From assembly GCA_965208835.1 (NCBI GenBank), contig OZ242358.1:160001-224000 (forward strand): a stretch of DNA of 64,000 nt, in the 5' to 3' direction. The notes below the pieces were generated by a model. The model ran no database searches and was not told where the DNA came from. It saw nothing but the letters and a program-made list of their open reading frames with translations. The position numbers and the translations under genes were made by a program. Positions 12,001-20,767 of this stretch are shown here, in pieces. The DNA is from Candidatus Latescibacterota bacterium. GTDB taxonomy: Bacteria > Latescibacterota > UBA2968 > GCA-2709665. How positions within the stretch are numbered: position 1 is the stretch's first letter; each line of letters starts with the position of its first letter.

Positions 12001-12442
12001 CGCGTCGGAGCCGGAGGTGCAGGTGTCCGTATCGGCCTATATTCCTGAAACCTATATATCGGACGAAGATCTCAAGATGCAGTTCTACCAGCGCCTTGGT
12101 GACTGCCGGCAGACGGTTGAGGTCCTGGCGCTGGAAGAGGAAATGGCGGATCGGTTCGGTCCGTTACCCGACCCCGCTGCGGCGCTGCTGGATACAATAT
12201 CCGTACGGATACTGGCGCGCCAGCTTCGCGCGGACACGGTACGCACGGGTCGAACGCTGTCGGTCGTGTTTCCCGGGGATCGAATGCTGACGCGGAAGCA
12301 GGTGGAAGCCTGGATTGCGGCTGCGCCCGTCCCACTGCAGTTTTCCCTGGGTGAGCGGGTGCTGATCGAGGCGGAACTGGAGGGCGCAGGCCCCCGGGAA
12401 CGCCTTGCAAATGCCAAAAAGGTGTTGCAGAGCCTCGTCTGA
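9032..12442 (+). CDS. mfd: Transcription-repair coupling factor
   Basis: UvrB-like GQFSVRGGILD, RID VVHVDHGIGRY, CGDVGYGKTEVA, DEEHRFG, GLAQLYQLRGRVGR, TRG motif DMEIRGTGNLLG. Confidence 0.98.
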   Translation: MSIRQIYDTMVKSRPFEELARLVTARTPEIPVRGLPGSLTAFGIACVEESTPGPVLVVCASEDRAEEVRDDMERILGAARVGIFPAWGGSPYDHRSPHLDVMGLRLESLDQLRGQGDGVVVAPVEALMSHTLPPDLYDLAVQEIRVGEEIAPGRLAEHLVDVGYERVTLVGGVGQFSVRGGILDVCSFGSTHPVRIEFFGDEVESIRAFDLGTQRSVAKREDVRVLPCREAVLTETLSDVFEDHLDEAERELGTGLDGLRELMESQGAFDGLEHYLGVLYRDNTCLLDHVSEGYIVVDDPAAVETAAADDWARVEVAARRQKKRRGEPEPLPAGSVASHPESILNRVAGMRRVLNWPLGGPSEDGVHFSGIGGRRYEGHLETLKEDLRRHWQADYEVVLLCESQGQKARFEELLEEEENLITIYVGTLHSGFTYTSPTARVAVLNDHEIYTLARRRRRYRRFKDATPIRSISSLRAGDFVVHVDHGIGRYEGIEHLTVDGVRQDCLAMYYRGGDRVFVPVDQMDRVQKYAGQDGIVPALSKLGTAAWERVKEKAKKEVFKMAGELLSLYAERKATPGIEFSDDSAFQKALEASFPYQETRDQLQTISDVKKDMEQSAPMDRLVCGDVGYGKTEVAVRAAFKAVADGKQVAVLAPTTILAQQHYRTFKERLDGLPVTVDVLSRFRTSRELRLALDGLAAGRVDVAVGTHRMLSQDVRFRDLGLLVIDEEHRFGVRHKERLKQIRRQVDVLTLTATPIPRTLHMSLMGARDMSIIRTPPKDRLPITTEVLPFDEERVAEAVLREVDRGGQVYFVHNRVQSMPAIVNFLEGLVPQVRFGVAHGQMPERQLEKVMMDFLDARYDCLISTMIIESGLDIPSVNTLIVNRADRMGLAQLYQLRGRVGRSARQAFAYLLIPSWKSLKKPAVRRLRAIEEFADLGSGFNISMRDMEIRGTGNLLGAQQHGHITAVGFELYCRLLDEAIAQIHGNETEPASEPEVQVSVSAYIPETYISDEDLKMQFYQRLGDCRQTVEVLALEEEMADRFGPLPDPAAALLDTISVRILARQLRADTVRTGRTLSVVFPGDRMLTRKQVEAWIAAAPVPLQFSLGERVLIEAELEGAGPRERLANAKKVLQSLV

Positions 12443-12586
12443 ACGGATATATTCCCGGCCGACGTCCGGAACAGAACATTCGGAACCAGACGACGCCCTG
12501 GCAGTCAAATAATAGCGACGGGATGGAGGCACATTCTCCCCGCGAGAGCTGCGGTGGACGAATCTCAAATTCGGAGACGGAACCGT

Positions 12587-13864
12587 ATGAAAAAAGGCCT
12601 TTTAACAGGCGCGTGGGGTGCTGTGCCGGCGGCGGTGGCGTTGATCTGCGCGGCGAACGCCGCGGCAAAACCGCAACTGCTGGACCAGATCGTCGCGGTT
12701 GTGGACGATCAGATCGTATTGCGTTCAGACGTGATGTCGAGCATGGCGCTGGTTGCCATGCAGCAGGGGCTGAGCCGGGAAGACCTCACGCCGGACAGGG
12801 TCAAGGAATTGTTCGAGGTTATTCTGGGAAACATGATCCAGGAAAAACTCCTGCTGGCCAGGGCGGAGCAGGACAGTATCGAGGTGGACCAGGAGGTCAT
12901 CGAGCGCGCGGTCAGGTCACGCGTCCGGGAACTCAAGACGGAGCATGGCGAAGAGGCGTTTGCCAGCCAGCTTGCCGAAGGCGGGGTAACCGAAAGGGAC
13001 CTGCGCGAACAGTACCGGCAGGAGTTTCGGAAAGATTTCCTTCGACAGCGGATGTACACGAGCCTCAGCCAGCAGGTCGACGTTTCGTTCAAGGACGTTC
13101 AGGATTATAAAGCGCGCTACAAGGACGAGCTGCCGCCGCTGTTGAGCATCAGCCATCTCCTGGTGGCAATAGAAGCGTCCGATGACCGTGCCGAGGAAGT
13201 CAGGGCGCAAGCAAACGCGATCATCGACCGCTTGAATGAGGGCGAAGACTTCGCGACCATGGCGCAGCAGTATTCCAGCGACGCGGGAAGCCGGGAGGAC
13301 GGCGGTGACCTTGGCTATTTCCCGCGGGGACGCATGGTCCCGGCGTTTGAGGAGGCGGCCTTCTCGCTGCAGCCCGGGGAGATCAGCGCGCCGGTGAGGA
13401 CGAAGTTCGGTTACCACATCATCAAGTTGGAATCGGTGTCAGGGGACCAGGTAAGGGCGCGGCACATTCTCATTCCGCTGCAGCCCTCGGCACGGGACGT
13501 GAAGACGGCCTACGACAAAGCGTTGGGTCTGGCGAAAGAGGCTCAGGCGGGAGAGGATTTCGCGGAACTGGCTCGAGAACATTCCGCGCACGAGGAGACC
13601 GCGAAGAAGGGCGGGCGGCTTCCCGGTCCGTTCGCGCAGGATAATCTGCCATCCGAATTCGCGGACGTTCTGAAAACCATGCGCATGGGCGAAGTGAGCG
13701 CGCCGATACAGACCGAGTACGGATGGCATGTCGTAAAGGTGAATGACGATCAGGACGCCTTGAAGGGAATCATACAACAGGTGCGCCTGCAAGAGCGTTT
13801 TGACGAGGTGCTCGCGGAAACGAGGGCGCGTCTCTACGTGGAAGTTCGCCCGTACGATTTGTGA
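12587..13864 (+). CDS. surA: SurA-type periplasmic chaperone/parvulin PPIase
   Basis: Signal peptide, DQIVAVVDD, two rotamase domains (GGDLGYF..MVPAFEEAAF, TKFGYHII; TEYGWHVV); position after mfd. Confidence 0.88.
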   Translation: MKKGLLTGAWGAVPAAVALICAANAAAKPQLLDQIVAVVDDQIVLRSDVMSSMALVAMQQGLSREDLTPDRVKELFEVILGNMIQEKLLLARAEQDSIEVDQEVIERAVRSRVRELKTEHGEEAFASQLAEGGVTERDLREQYRQEFRKDFLRQRMYTSLSQQVDVSFKDVQDYKARYKDELPPLLSISHLLVAIEASDDRAEEVRAQANAIIDRLNEGEDFATMAQQYSSDAGSREDGGDLGYFPRGRMVPAFEEAAFSLQPGEISAPVRTKFGYHIIKLESVSGDQVRARHILIPLQPSARDVKTAYDKALGLAKEAQAGEDFAELAREHSAHEETAKKGGRLPGPFAQDNLPSEFADVLKTMRMGEVSAPIQTEYGWHVVKVNDDQDALKGIIQQVRLQERFDEVLAETRARLYVEVRPYDL

Positions 13865-13952
13865 TACGGAACCGGGCTTCAGAAGTGCTGCCGCCCGGTC
13901 CGTTGGCGCAAAACTCCTCAATCAGGATTCGGCGACGCGCGTCTAATTCGAT

Positions 13953-14225
13953 ATGCGGCTCGACTTGTACCTGAAGCGATGTTGTTTGACACGTCGGCGT
14001 TCCGAGGCAAAACGCGCCTGCGAGAACGGGATCGTGATGCTGGACGGGCGGCGGGCGAAGCCGGGTCAGGCCGTAAGTCCTGGCAGACGGGTGAGCATTT
14101 CCTTTCTGGATCGATACCTGGAGCTGGAGATTCTCAAGCTTCCCGCCGGGAACGTATCCAAGGCGGAGGCCAGAGCTTATTATGAAGTGCTTCGGGACGA
14201 AGCACGCGAGGTCACCGACTTTTAG
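13953..14225 (+). CDS. S4-domain RNA-binding protein (RqcP/YabO/Hsp15 family)
   Basis: MRLDLYL..RRRSEAKRAC..G..AKPG; 90 aa. Confidence 0.85.
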   Translation: MRLDLYLKRCCLTRRRSEAKRACENGIVMLDGRRAKPGQAVSPGRRVSISFLDRYLELEILKLPAGNVSKAEARAYYEVLRDEAREVTDF

Positions 14226-14257
14226 TGATACACATAGACTGAACGTCAAAGCGTCGA

Positions 14258-14287
14258 GTCCCGCCCTGGGGGGCGGGGCATTTTTTT
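14258..14287 (+). terminator. Intrinsic terminator
   Basis: GTCCCGCCC-TGGG-GGGCGGGGC followed by ATTTTTTT. Confidence 0.85.
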
Positions 14288-14315
14288 CGCCTGCCCGGAT
14301 GCGAGGGCGTGTCGT

Positions 14316-14344
14316 TTGCCCTTTAACTTTGACCTGTTTATATT
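14316..14344 (+). promoter_or_regulatory. Putative sigma70 promoter of the methyltransferase-ftsEX cluster
   Basis: TTGCCC-17bp-TATATT just after a terminator; ATG begins 7 nt after the -10. Confidence 0.55.
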
Positions 14345-14350
14345 GGAGTT

Positions 14351-15121
14351 ATGTTCGGACGAAAAAAAGAAAAAAGCTGGGCGCAACCCTACACCAGGCT
14401 TGCGCAGATTTACGATTATGTGATGCGGCACGTGGACTATGTGCAGTGGGCGGACTACATCGAGGCCGTCTTCGCCAGACATAACTTGTCGCCGACACGG
14501 GTGCTTGACCTCGCGTGCGGCACGGGCAGCATGGCGTTGGAACTGCGAAAACGGCACTACCGCGTTAACGGCGCGGACGGTTGCCGTGAGATGCTGGACG
14601 TGGCCGAGGAAAAGTCCCGCAAAGCGGGGCAGAATATCGAATTCTTCCACAGAAATCTGCTGGACCTGTCGGGTCTGCCGCGGTTCGAAGCGGCGCTGTG
14701 CCTGTACGACAGCGTGAATTACCTCATGACCATCGAGGACGTCGCCGTGGCGCTGAGAGGGGTCCACAAGCTCCTGCTGCCGAACGGCATATTCGTCTTC
14801 GACGTTTGTACCGAGTCGAACTCGCTCCGATATTTTCGAAAGCTGACGGACAAGGACGGCGGGGACGGGTTCACTTACGTCCGCGAGAGCTTCTACAGGA
14901 ACGGGATTCAGTTCAATCGATTCAAGATCCGGTTCAAGCAGACGGACGAGTCCGTGGAAGAGGAACATCGCCAGCGTATATATGCACTGTCGGACATATT
15001 GACCGCTCTCGAACAGTCACCGTTTTCGCTGGAAGGAACCTACGACGGATTCGGTTTTTGCGGGCCGGACGAAGATTCGGACCGGGTGCATTTCGTACTG
15101 CGGAAAGTCGCCGCGGGATGA
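14351..15121 (+). CDS. Class I SAM-dependent methyltransferase
   Basis: Motif I VLDLACGTG, DSVNY, GIFVFD. Confidence 0.9.
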   Translation: MFGRKKEKSWAQPYTRLAQIYDYVMRHVDYVQWADYIEAVFARHNLSPTRVLDLACGTGSMALELRKRHYRVNGADGCREMLDVAEEKSRKAGQNIEFFHRNLLDLSGLPRFEAALCLYDSVNYLMTIEDVAVALRGVHKLLLPNGIFVFDVCTESNSLRYFRKLTDKDGGDGFTYVRESFYRNGIQFNRFKIRFKQTDESVEEEHRQRIYALSDILTALEQSPFSLEGTYDGFGFCGPDEDSDRVHFVLRKVAAG

Positions 15122-15165
15122 ATCGTCGGTCGAATGGTGAGGAATTTTTTGGGGCAGAACACCAG
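15116..15165. repeat. End fragment of the 27384-27552 MITE family
   Basis: GGATGAATCGTCGGTCGAATGGTGAGGAATTTTTTGGGGCAGAACACCAG is close to the reverse complement of 27384-27432. Confidence 0.85.
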
Positions 15166-15176
15166 CTGGAGGTTCT

Positions 15177-15845
15177 GTGATTGCGCTTCGGCAGGTTGGC
15201 GTGGAACAGCAGGGGCGCCGTATCCTGGCAGATGTGGATTTCGAAATCGAACGGGGTGAATTCGCCTTTCTGCTGGGTCCGACCGGGTCTGGCAAGAGTA
15301 CGATCCTGCAACTGATTCTGTTCGAGAGGCGGCCAACATCCGGTGTGGTTATGGTGGGCGGTTACGACTCGGAGTCGATCCGGGAACGTGATATCCCGGC
15401 GTTGCGGCGAAGCGTAAGTATGGTTTCTCAGAACCACCGTCTGCTGCAGGATCGGACAGTCTACGAGAACGTGGCATTTGCCATGGAAGTAACAGGCACG
15501 CCACGCTCGGCCGTCAGGCGGCGCACCCACACACTGCTGGCCGACGTTGAGCTGATGCATAGACGTTCCGTCCGTCCCGGCGCGTTATCCGGGGGCGAAC
15601 AGCAGCAACTGGCGATTGCGCGGGCGCTGGCAAATGAACCGTTTGTCCTTCTGGCGGACGAACCCACGGCCAACCTGGATCCGGAGACGACGGATCTCGT
15701 ATTGCGCATTCTGGCAGAGGTCCAGTCGCGAGGAACCACGGTACTGGCGGCAACGCATAACGAAGCCCTGGTGTCGGGGCGGCGCCAGCGGGTGCTTCGG
15801 CTGGAGGATGGGAGGATCGCGGGCGGGGGCGTGAGCCGGCCGTAG
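15177..15845 (+). CDS. ftsE: Cell division ABC ATPase FtsE
   Basis: GPTGSGKST, LSGGEQQ, LLADEPTANLD, ATH; followed by ftsX and envC. Confidence 0.92.
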   Translation: MIALRQVGVEQQGRRILADVDFEIERGEFAFLLGPTGSGKSTILQLILFERRPTSGVVMVGGYDSESIRERDIPALRRSVSMVSQNHRLLQDRTVYENVAFAMEVTGTPRSAVRRRTHTLLADVELMHRRSVRPGALSGGEQQQLAIARALANEPFVLLADEPTANLDPETTDLVLRILAEVQSRGTTVLAATHNEALVSGRRQRVLRLEDGRIAGGGVSRP

Positions 15846-15850
15846 CCCGG

Positions 15851-16741
15851 ATGGACTCTTCCAACGGGCTGTCAGGGGGGAAAATGGCGATTCTGATGGC
15901 GTTCAGGGAGGCAATGAGGGGGCTGTGGCGTACGGGGATGGCGGGAGTTGTCTCGGGCGTGACCACAGCAGTGTCGCTGATGGTCCTGGGGATATTTGTG
16001 CTTCTGGTCGGGGGCGGGCTTACGGTCTTTGAGTCCTTACAGGCGAGAATAGAGGTGGACGTGTATCTGGACGACGGCCTCAGTCGGACGAGGGCGCTCG
16101 AATTGGTGCAGGAGTTAGAAGCGATGGCGGGCGTGGCCGCGGTCCGCTACGTAGACAAAATGGCGGCAGCTGAAGAATTCAGGTCCATGTTCGGCGACGG
16201 ACTTCTGGATGCCGTATCGCGGAACCCGCTGCCGGCATCTGTACGGGTCGTGTTGCATGCGGGGGAGGGTATGGTGAAAAACGCGCGCGCGGTCGCCGAA
16301 GCCGCGGCGAGCAGGAAGGGCGTCGAAAGCGTGGATGCGGGCGAAGCATGGCTGACCTCTCTGGACCGCGCTCGGGAGGCGGTTACCTGGATAGGGCTGT
16401 CGCTGGGCGCGGTGCTTTGTCTGGCGTGCACATTTGCCGTTGGCAACACCACCAAGCTTCTGGTACTCGCTCAGCGGGATGCGATTGAGGTGATGCGCAT
16501 GGTAGGGGCCACGGGCGGGTTCATCCGGCTGACCGTGTTGCTGGGCGGCGCCGTTCTGGGATGCACCGGAGGGGTACTGGCCGTGCTGGCGCTGTGGAGC
16601 AGTTCGCAGTGGTGGGCGGGCTGGATTCCCGGAGCGACACGGGTCGCGCCGGTTTATCCCGGATTGATCGGACTGGGGGTTCTGTTGGGCGTTCTGGGAA
16701 GCTGGGTATCGTTGAACCGTGTCTTGCGTGCGCTGACGTAG
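15851..16741 (+). CDS. ftsX: Cell division permease FtsX
   Basis: TM helix, periplasmic domain with NPLP, IEVMRMVGAT, three further TMs. Confidence 0.9.
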   Translation: MDSSNGLSGGKMAILMAFREAMRGLWRTGMAGVVSGVTTAVSLMVLGIFVLLVGGGLTVFESLQARIEVDVYLDDGLSRTRALELVQELEAMAGVAAVRYVDKMAAAEEFRSMFGDGLLDAVSRNPLPASVRVVLHAGEGMVKNARAVAEAAASRKGVESVDAGEAWLTSLDRAREAVTWIGLSLGAVLCLACTFAVGNTTKLLVLAQRDAIEVMRMVGATGGFIRLTVLLGGAVLGCTGGVLAVLALWSSSQWWAGWIPGATRVAPVYPGLIGLGVLLGVLGSWVSLNRVLRALT

Positions 16742-16783
16742 GGTATCGCGATCCGTACAGGTCAGCGTGGAAAAAATCTGAAC

Positions 16784-17971
16784 ATGGAAGAGAAGCATAT
16801 GCGGATCGTCGTTCTGGTACTGATGTTCCTGGCGACGGAGTCGCCGGCGGCAGCGAAGACCGACCTGCAGGAAACGCTGGCTGCGGAGCGGGCCGCGCTC
16901 GACAGCCTCAAGGTAAGGCTGGAATCCGACCGCGAGAAACTGAAACAGGCGAAATCGCGGCAGAAAGTGGTTTCTCGGGACCTGGAGCGAAAGGAACGGG
17001 ACATCGTCCGAATCAGGGGCGAACTGCGCAGACTGACGCGCCGGCAGGGAACACTGGCGAAACGACTCGGCACAGCCCGTCGCGAACTGGTCCGTGTCGA
17101 CGCGCGAAGGAAGGTGCGTGAGTACGAAATTTCCCGCCGCATGCGGGAGATGTACAAACTCGGCAGGCGGGGTACGCTCCGGATCCTCTTTTCGGCGGGT
17201 TCGTTTACCGATGCGTTCAGACGTCTTCGCTATCTTTCCAGGGTTGCGGCGCAGGATCACAGGGACTTTGAAGCGATTCAACACGATCGAAAGCGGATTT
17301 CCGGCGTCCTCAGATTGCAGGCAGTACGGCACGAACGCCAGAAGACCCTGCTCAACGTCAAACGAAGAAACGAGGACCGGTTGGCAATTCACGTCAGACG
17401 GCGGGAGTCTGAACTGGAGCGCCTCCGGCGGGATTCGGACGCCCGGGCTGAAGCGGTTCGAAAAACGCAGGCGGCCATGGCCGCGTCCAGTGAGCGGATC
17501 GGGCAGATTATCCAGGAAACCCGAGACTGGCGCGAGCATACTGCATTGCCGCGATTCGACTTTTCATCCCACCGCGGGAGACTCCCCCGGCCGGCTCCTG
17601 GTGGCGTGGTGGTGCACTTCGGTCGACACCAGGATCCTGACCTTAAGACGTGGACGTTCAATCGAGGCATCAATATCGCGGCGCCTGCCGGAGTCGAGGT
17701 TCGGGCGGTCGCTCCGGGTACGGTTGCCTTCGTGGACTGGTATCCGGGGTACGGCCAGTTCGTGTTGTTGCGCCATGCGGGCGGGTTTTATACACTCTAC
17801 GGGCATCTTTCCGAGGTGCACGTGACACTGAAACAGCCGGTGATTCAGGCAGCCGTACTTGGAACGGTGGGAAACACCGGTCGAATAGACGGCGTTCCGC
17901 AACTGCACTTTCAGATCATGCGGGGTGAGGAGCCGATAAATCCCGCGTTGTGGCTTGCAAAGAGCCAATAA
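16784..17971 (+). CDS. envC: EnvC-like murein hydrolase activator (coiled coil + M23 domain)
   Basis: Signal peptide, long coiled coil, M23 tail (NRGINI, YTLYGHL, LHFQI) with the first metal-binding motif degenerate. Confidence 0.82.
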   Translation: MEEKHMRIVVLVLMFLATESPAAAKTDLQETLAAERAALDSLKVRLESDREKLKQAKSRQKVVSRDLERKERDIVRIRGELRRLTRRQGTLAKRLGTARRELVRVDARRKVREYEISRRMREMYKLGRRGTLRILFSAGSFTDAFRRLRYLSRVAAQDHRDFEAIQHDRKRISGVLRLQAVRHERQKTLLNVKRRNEDRLAIHVRRRESELERLRRDSDARAEAVRKTQAAMAASSERIGQIIQETRDWREHTALPRFDFSSHRGRLPRPAPGGVVVHFGRHQDPDLKTWTFNRGINIAAPAGVEVRAVAPGTVAFVDWYPGYGQFVLLRHAGGFYTLYGHLSEVHVTLKQPVIQAAVLGTVGNTGRIDGVPQLHFQIMRGEEPINPALWLAKSQ

Positions 17972-18013
17972 TCATTGCATTGCGATTCACCGGGACAAAT
18001 GCGGAATCTGACG

Positions 18014-18973
18014 ATGGATTATACGGAAGCCATATCCTTTCTCGAGCCGGATGAACCGTACCTGCTGTCAACCCACGTCAATGCAGACTGTGACGGGATT
18101 GGGGGACTCCTGGCGCTCAGGGAGTTGCTGGTTCAGAAAAAAAGGGTCTGCCGGCTCGTTGTCAGCGACGAGACTTTGAATCCTAAGTTTGCTTTTCTAC
18201 CGGGATTTAAGCATATTGAGTTGTACGGGTCTCTTGGCGATCCGCGGCCTTTCAGCCGTGCGGTATTTGTGGACACGCCGACGCTCGACCAGCAGCGAGT
18301 GGGGGGTGTGCGTCGCCTTCTCGCAAAGCACGCCAACACGATGATTATCGATCATCACGTGGCACGCAGGCCGGAGGGCGACGTCCGAATCGTCGACAGC
18401 GCGGCCAGTTCCGCCAGCGAGTTGGTTTATCGGCTGCTTCGGGCGGCGCAGACGGAGATCAACCCTGCAACTGCCACCCAGATTTATGCGGGAATTGCTT
18501 TCGACACCAAGCTGTTCAGGGTCTCCCATCCGGAACGAGGGCTGAAGGTCTGCGGCGAACTGGTGGATTTCGGCGCGGACCCGGAAGCGATCGCGGATGC
18601 GCTGTTCGCTCGGGAGAGTCACGAAACCATGGTGACGCTCGCGGCCGCTTTGGGTACGCTGGAACTCCATTTCGACGGCCGCGTGAATACCATGGTAGTG
18701 GACCACGAGACTTACCGAAAGGGCGGCGATCCGGACCTCGTGGTGGATCACGCCATGGCAATAGACAGGGTTCAGGCGGCGATGGTTCTTAAGGAAGAGG
18801 CGCAAGGTCGGTTCCGTGTCAGCCTGCGTTCCAGGGGTGCCGTGGACGTGAACCGAATCGCAGTCGCGTTCGGCGGCGGCGGGCATATGCGTGCCTCGGG
18901 GTGCAGGATCGAAACGCCCCTTGAAGAGGCGAAACGCCTGTTGTTGGCCGAAGTAGAGAAACAGTTGCAATAG
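18014..18973 (+). CDS. DHH/DHHA1 phosphoesterase (NrnA-like)
   Basis: HVNADCDG, IIDHH, SLRS, GGGGH. Confidence 0.9.
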   Translation: MDYTEAISFLEPDEPYLLSTHVNADCDGIGGLLALRELLVQKKRVCRLVVSDETLNPKFAFLPGFKHIELYGSLGDPRPFSRAVFVDTPTLDQQRVGGVRRLLAKHANTMIIDHHVARRPEGDVRIVDSAASSASELVYRLLRAAQTEINPATATQIYAGIAFDTKLFRVSHPERGLKVCGELVDFGADPEAIADALFARESHETMVTLAAALGTLELHFDGRVNTMVVDHETYRKGGDPDLVVDHAMAIDRVQAAMVLKEEAQGRFRVSLRSRGAVDVNRIAVAFGGGGHMRASGCRIETPLEEAKRLLLAEVEKQLQ

Positions 18974-19055
18974 TGCGGGACGATCCGTTTGCGTTGAGGC
19001 GACCCGCGGCCGGCTGTCTGATGCCCGCCCGGGTGAGGAGGAACGTGGTTCGCCC

Positions 19056-19964
19056 ATGGATTTGATTACGCTCAAGACATGGTCGGCAGGGGAAATCCTT
19101 GAAACGGTTGAAGCGGGTCTGTTGATGAAGGCAGACCCGAAACGGTTTTCGGGCGCATTGCAGGGCCGAACGTTGGCGATGCTGTTTCAGAAGCCATCGA
19201 CGCGGACCCGATGTTCGTTCGAGACGGGAATGAACCAGCTGGGCGGGTACGCCATGAACCTGGATTGGCGCGCCACAAATTTCCAACTGGCGGACCTAAG
19301 GGACGAAGCTCAGGTGCTTTCCCGGTATTCGGACGTCATTATGGCCCGGATGTTGAGTCATCGCGACCTGTGCGAACTTGCGGCCGGGGCCGAGGTTCCC
19401 GTAATTAACGGGTGCTGCAACCGGTACCATCCCTGCCAGGCGCTTGGCGATCTGATGACCGTCCGGGAGATCCGGGGAAAGCTGGAGGGCGCACACCTGG
19501 TCTACGTGGGCATTCGAAACAATGTGTGCAATTCATTGATCGCCGGATGTACCAAAGCCGGCGTGCGAATTACGACGGTGACGCCGGAAGTAAACAAACC
19601 CTCCGAAGACGAAGGCCTCACCAATCGGGCACGGAAGACCGGTCTTTTCCAGGAGACCCTTGACCTCGAGGCGGCGGTAGCCGGGGCGGATTTTCTATAT
19701 ACGGATACCTGGATCGACATGGAATTCTTCGAAGACCCTGCTTATGAGGCGGAGAAGAAGCGGCGTGTCGAGGCCTTTGCGCCGTATCAGATAAATATGG
19801 ATCTGCTGGACAAAACCGGAGCGCTGGTCATGCATTGCCTGCCCGCGCACAAGGGGTACGAGTTGACGGCGGAAGTGATGGCGAGCCCGAGATGCGTGGC
19901 GGTGGACCAGGCGGAAAACAGGATGCATGTACAGAAGGCGATTCTGACGCAATTGCTCGGATAA
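19056..19964 (+). CDS. argF: Ornithine carbamoyltransferase family
   Basis: STRT, HPCQ and HCLP motifs. Confidence 0.88.
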   Translation: MDLITLKTWSAGEILETVEAGLLMKADPKRFSGALQGRTLAMLFQKPSTRTRCSFETGMNQLGGYAMNLDWRATNFQLADLRDEAQVLSRYSDVIMARMLSHRDLCELAAGAEVPVINGCCNRYHPCQALGDLMTVREIRGKLEGAHLVYVGIRNNVCNSLIAGCTKAGVRITTVTPEVNKPSEDEGLTNRARKTGLFQETLDLEAAVAGADFLYTDTWIDMEFFEDPAYEAEKKRRVEAFAPYQINMDLLDKTGALVMHCLPAHKGYELTAEVMASPRCVAVDQAENRMHVQKAILTQLLG

Positions 19965-20638
19965 TGGCGCCACCCACGTGCGGGACGGGGGTACGGAACG
20001 GCGTGGCCGGACTGTTCATAACCTTTGAAGGCATCGACAGGAGCGGAAAAAGCACGCAGGCCAAACGGCTGACAGAACGGCTTCGTGCGGAGGGGCGATC
20101 CGTCGTGTTCACCCTGGAGCCGGGTGGGACCGAACTGGGACGGAAGGTCCGCGGTCTCTTGCTGGAGCGTCGTTCGGAAGTGGACCCCTCCGCGGAAATG
20201 CTGTTGTTCGCGGCTGATCGGGCTCAGCACGTCAACACGGTGATCCGCCCGGCACTCCTGCAGGGTGAAGTGGTGGTATCGGACCGTTTTTTCGATTCAA
20301 CGGTCGTCTACCAGGGCTATGGGCGCGGGCTGGACCTGGATCGCATTCGGGCGGTTCAGGAAGTGGCCGCCGGCGGTCTGAGGCCAGACCTGACCGTTTG
20401 GATCGACGTGGATCTTGAAACCGTGAAACAGCGATGGAAACCTGAAGATGCCGACAGGCTCGAAGCCGCCGGCGACGCGTTTTTCGGTCGTGTGAGGAAC
20501 GGGTACCATAGTATCTGGCAGGCGGAGCCGGAACGGATTCTTCGGGTTGACGGGCGGCTCACCGTCGAGAATCTGGCGTGCCGGATCTACAACGAGGTAC
20601 GCGAAAGGCTGGCAGCTTCGCCCCGGCGGGCCGGTTGA
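19964..20638 (+). CDS. tmk: Thymidylate kinase
   Basis: FITFEGIDRSGKSTQ, EPGG, LFAADRAQH, SDRF; ATG overlaps the argF stop (GTG 20003 alternative). Confidence 0.95.
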   Translation: MAPPTCGTGVRNGVAGLFITFEGIDRSGKSTQAKRLTERLRAEGRSVVFTLEPGGTELGRKVRGLLLERRSEVDPSAEMLLFAADRAQHVNTVIRPALLQGEVVVSDRFFDSTVVYQGYGRGLDLDRIRAVQEVAAGGLRPDLTVWIDVDLETVKQRWKPEDADRLEAAGDAFFGRVRNGYHSIWQAEPERILRVDGRLTVENLACRIYNEVRERLAASPRRAG

Positions 20639-20767
20639 TTTCGACGAATCAGGTGGCGTTCACGGCTGCCCGCGATGTCCTCTTTGGAAAATGGTGAGAG
20701 ATTGGCGGAGCGGAACAGGATCCGCGGCGACGCGGAACGGCGGTACCAGACAATGCGGAGGCGGAAA

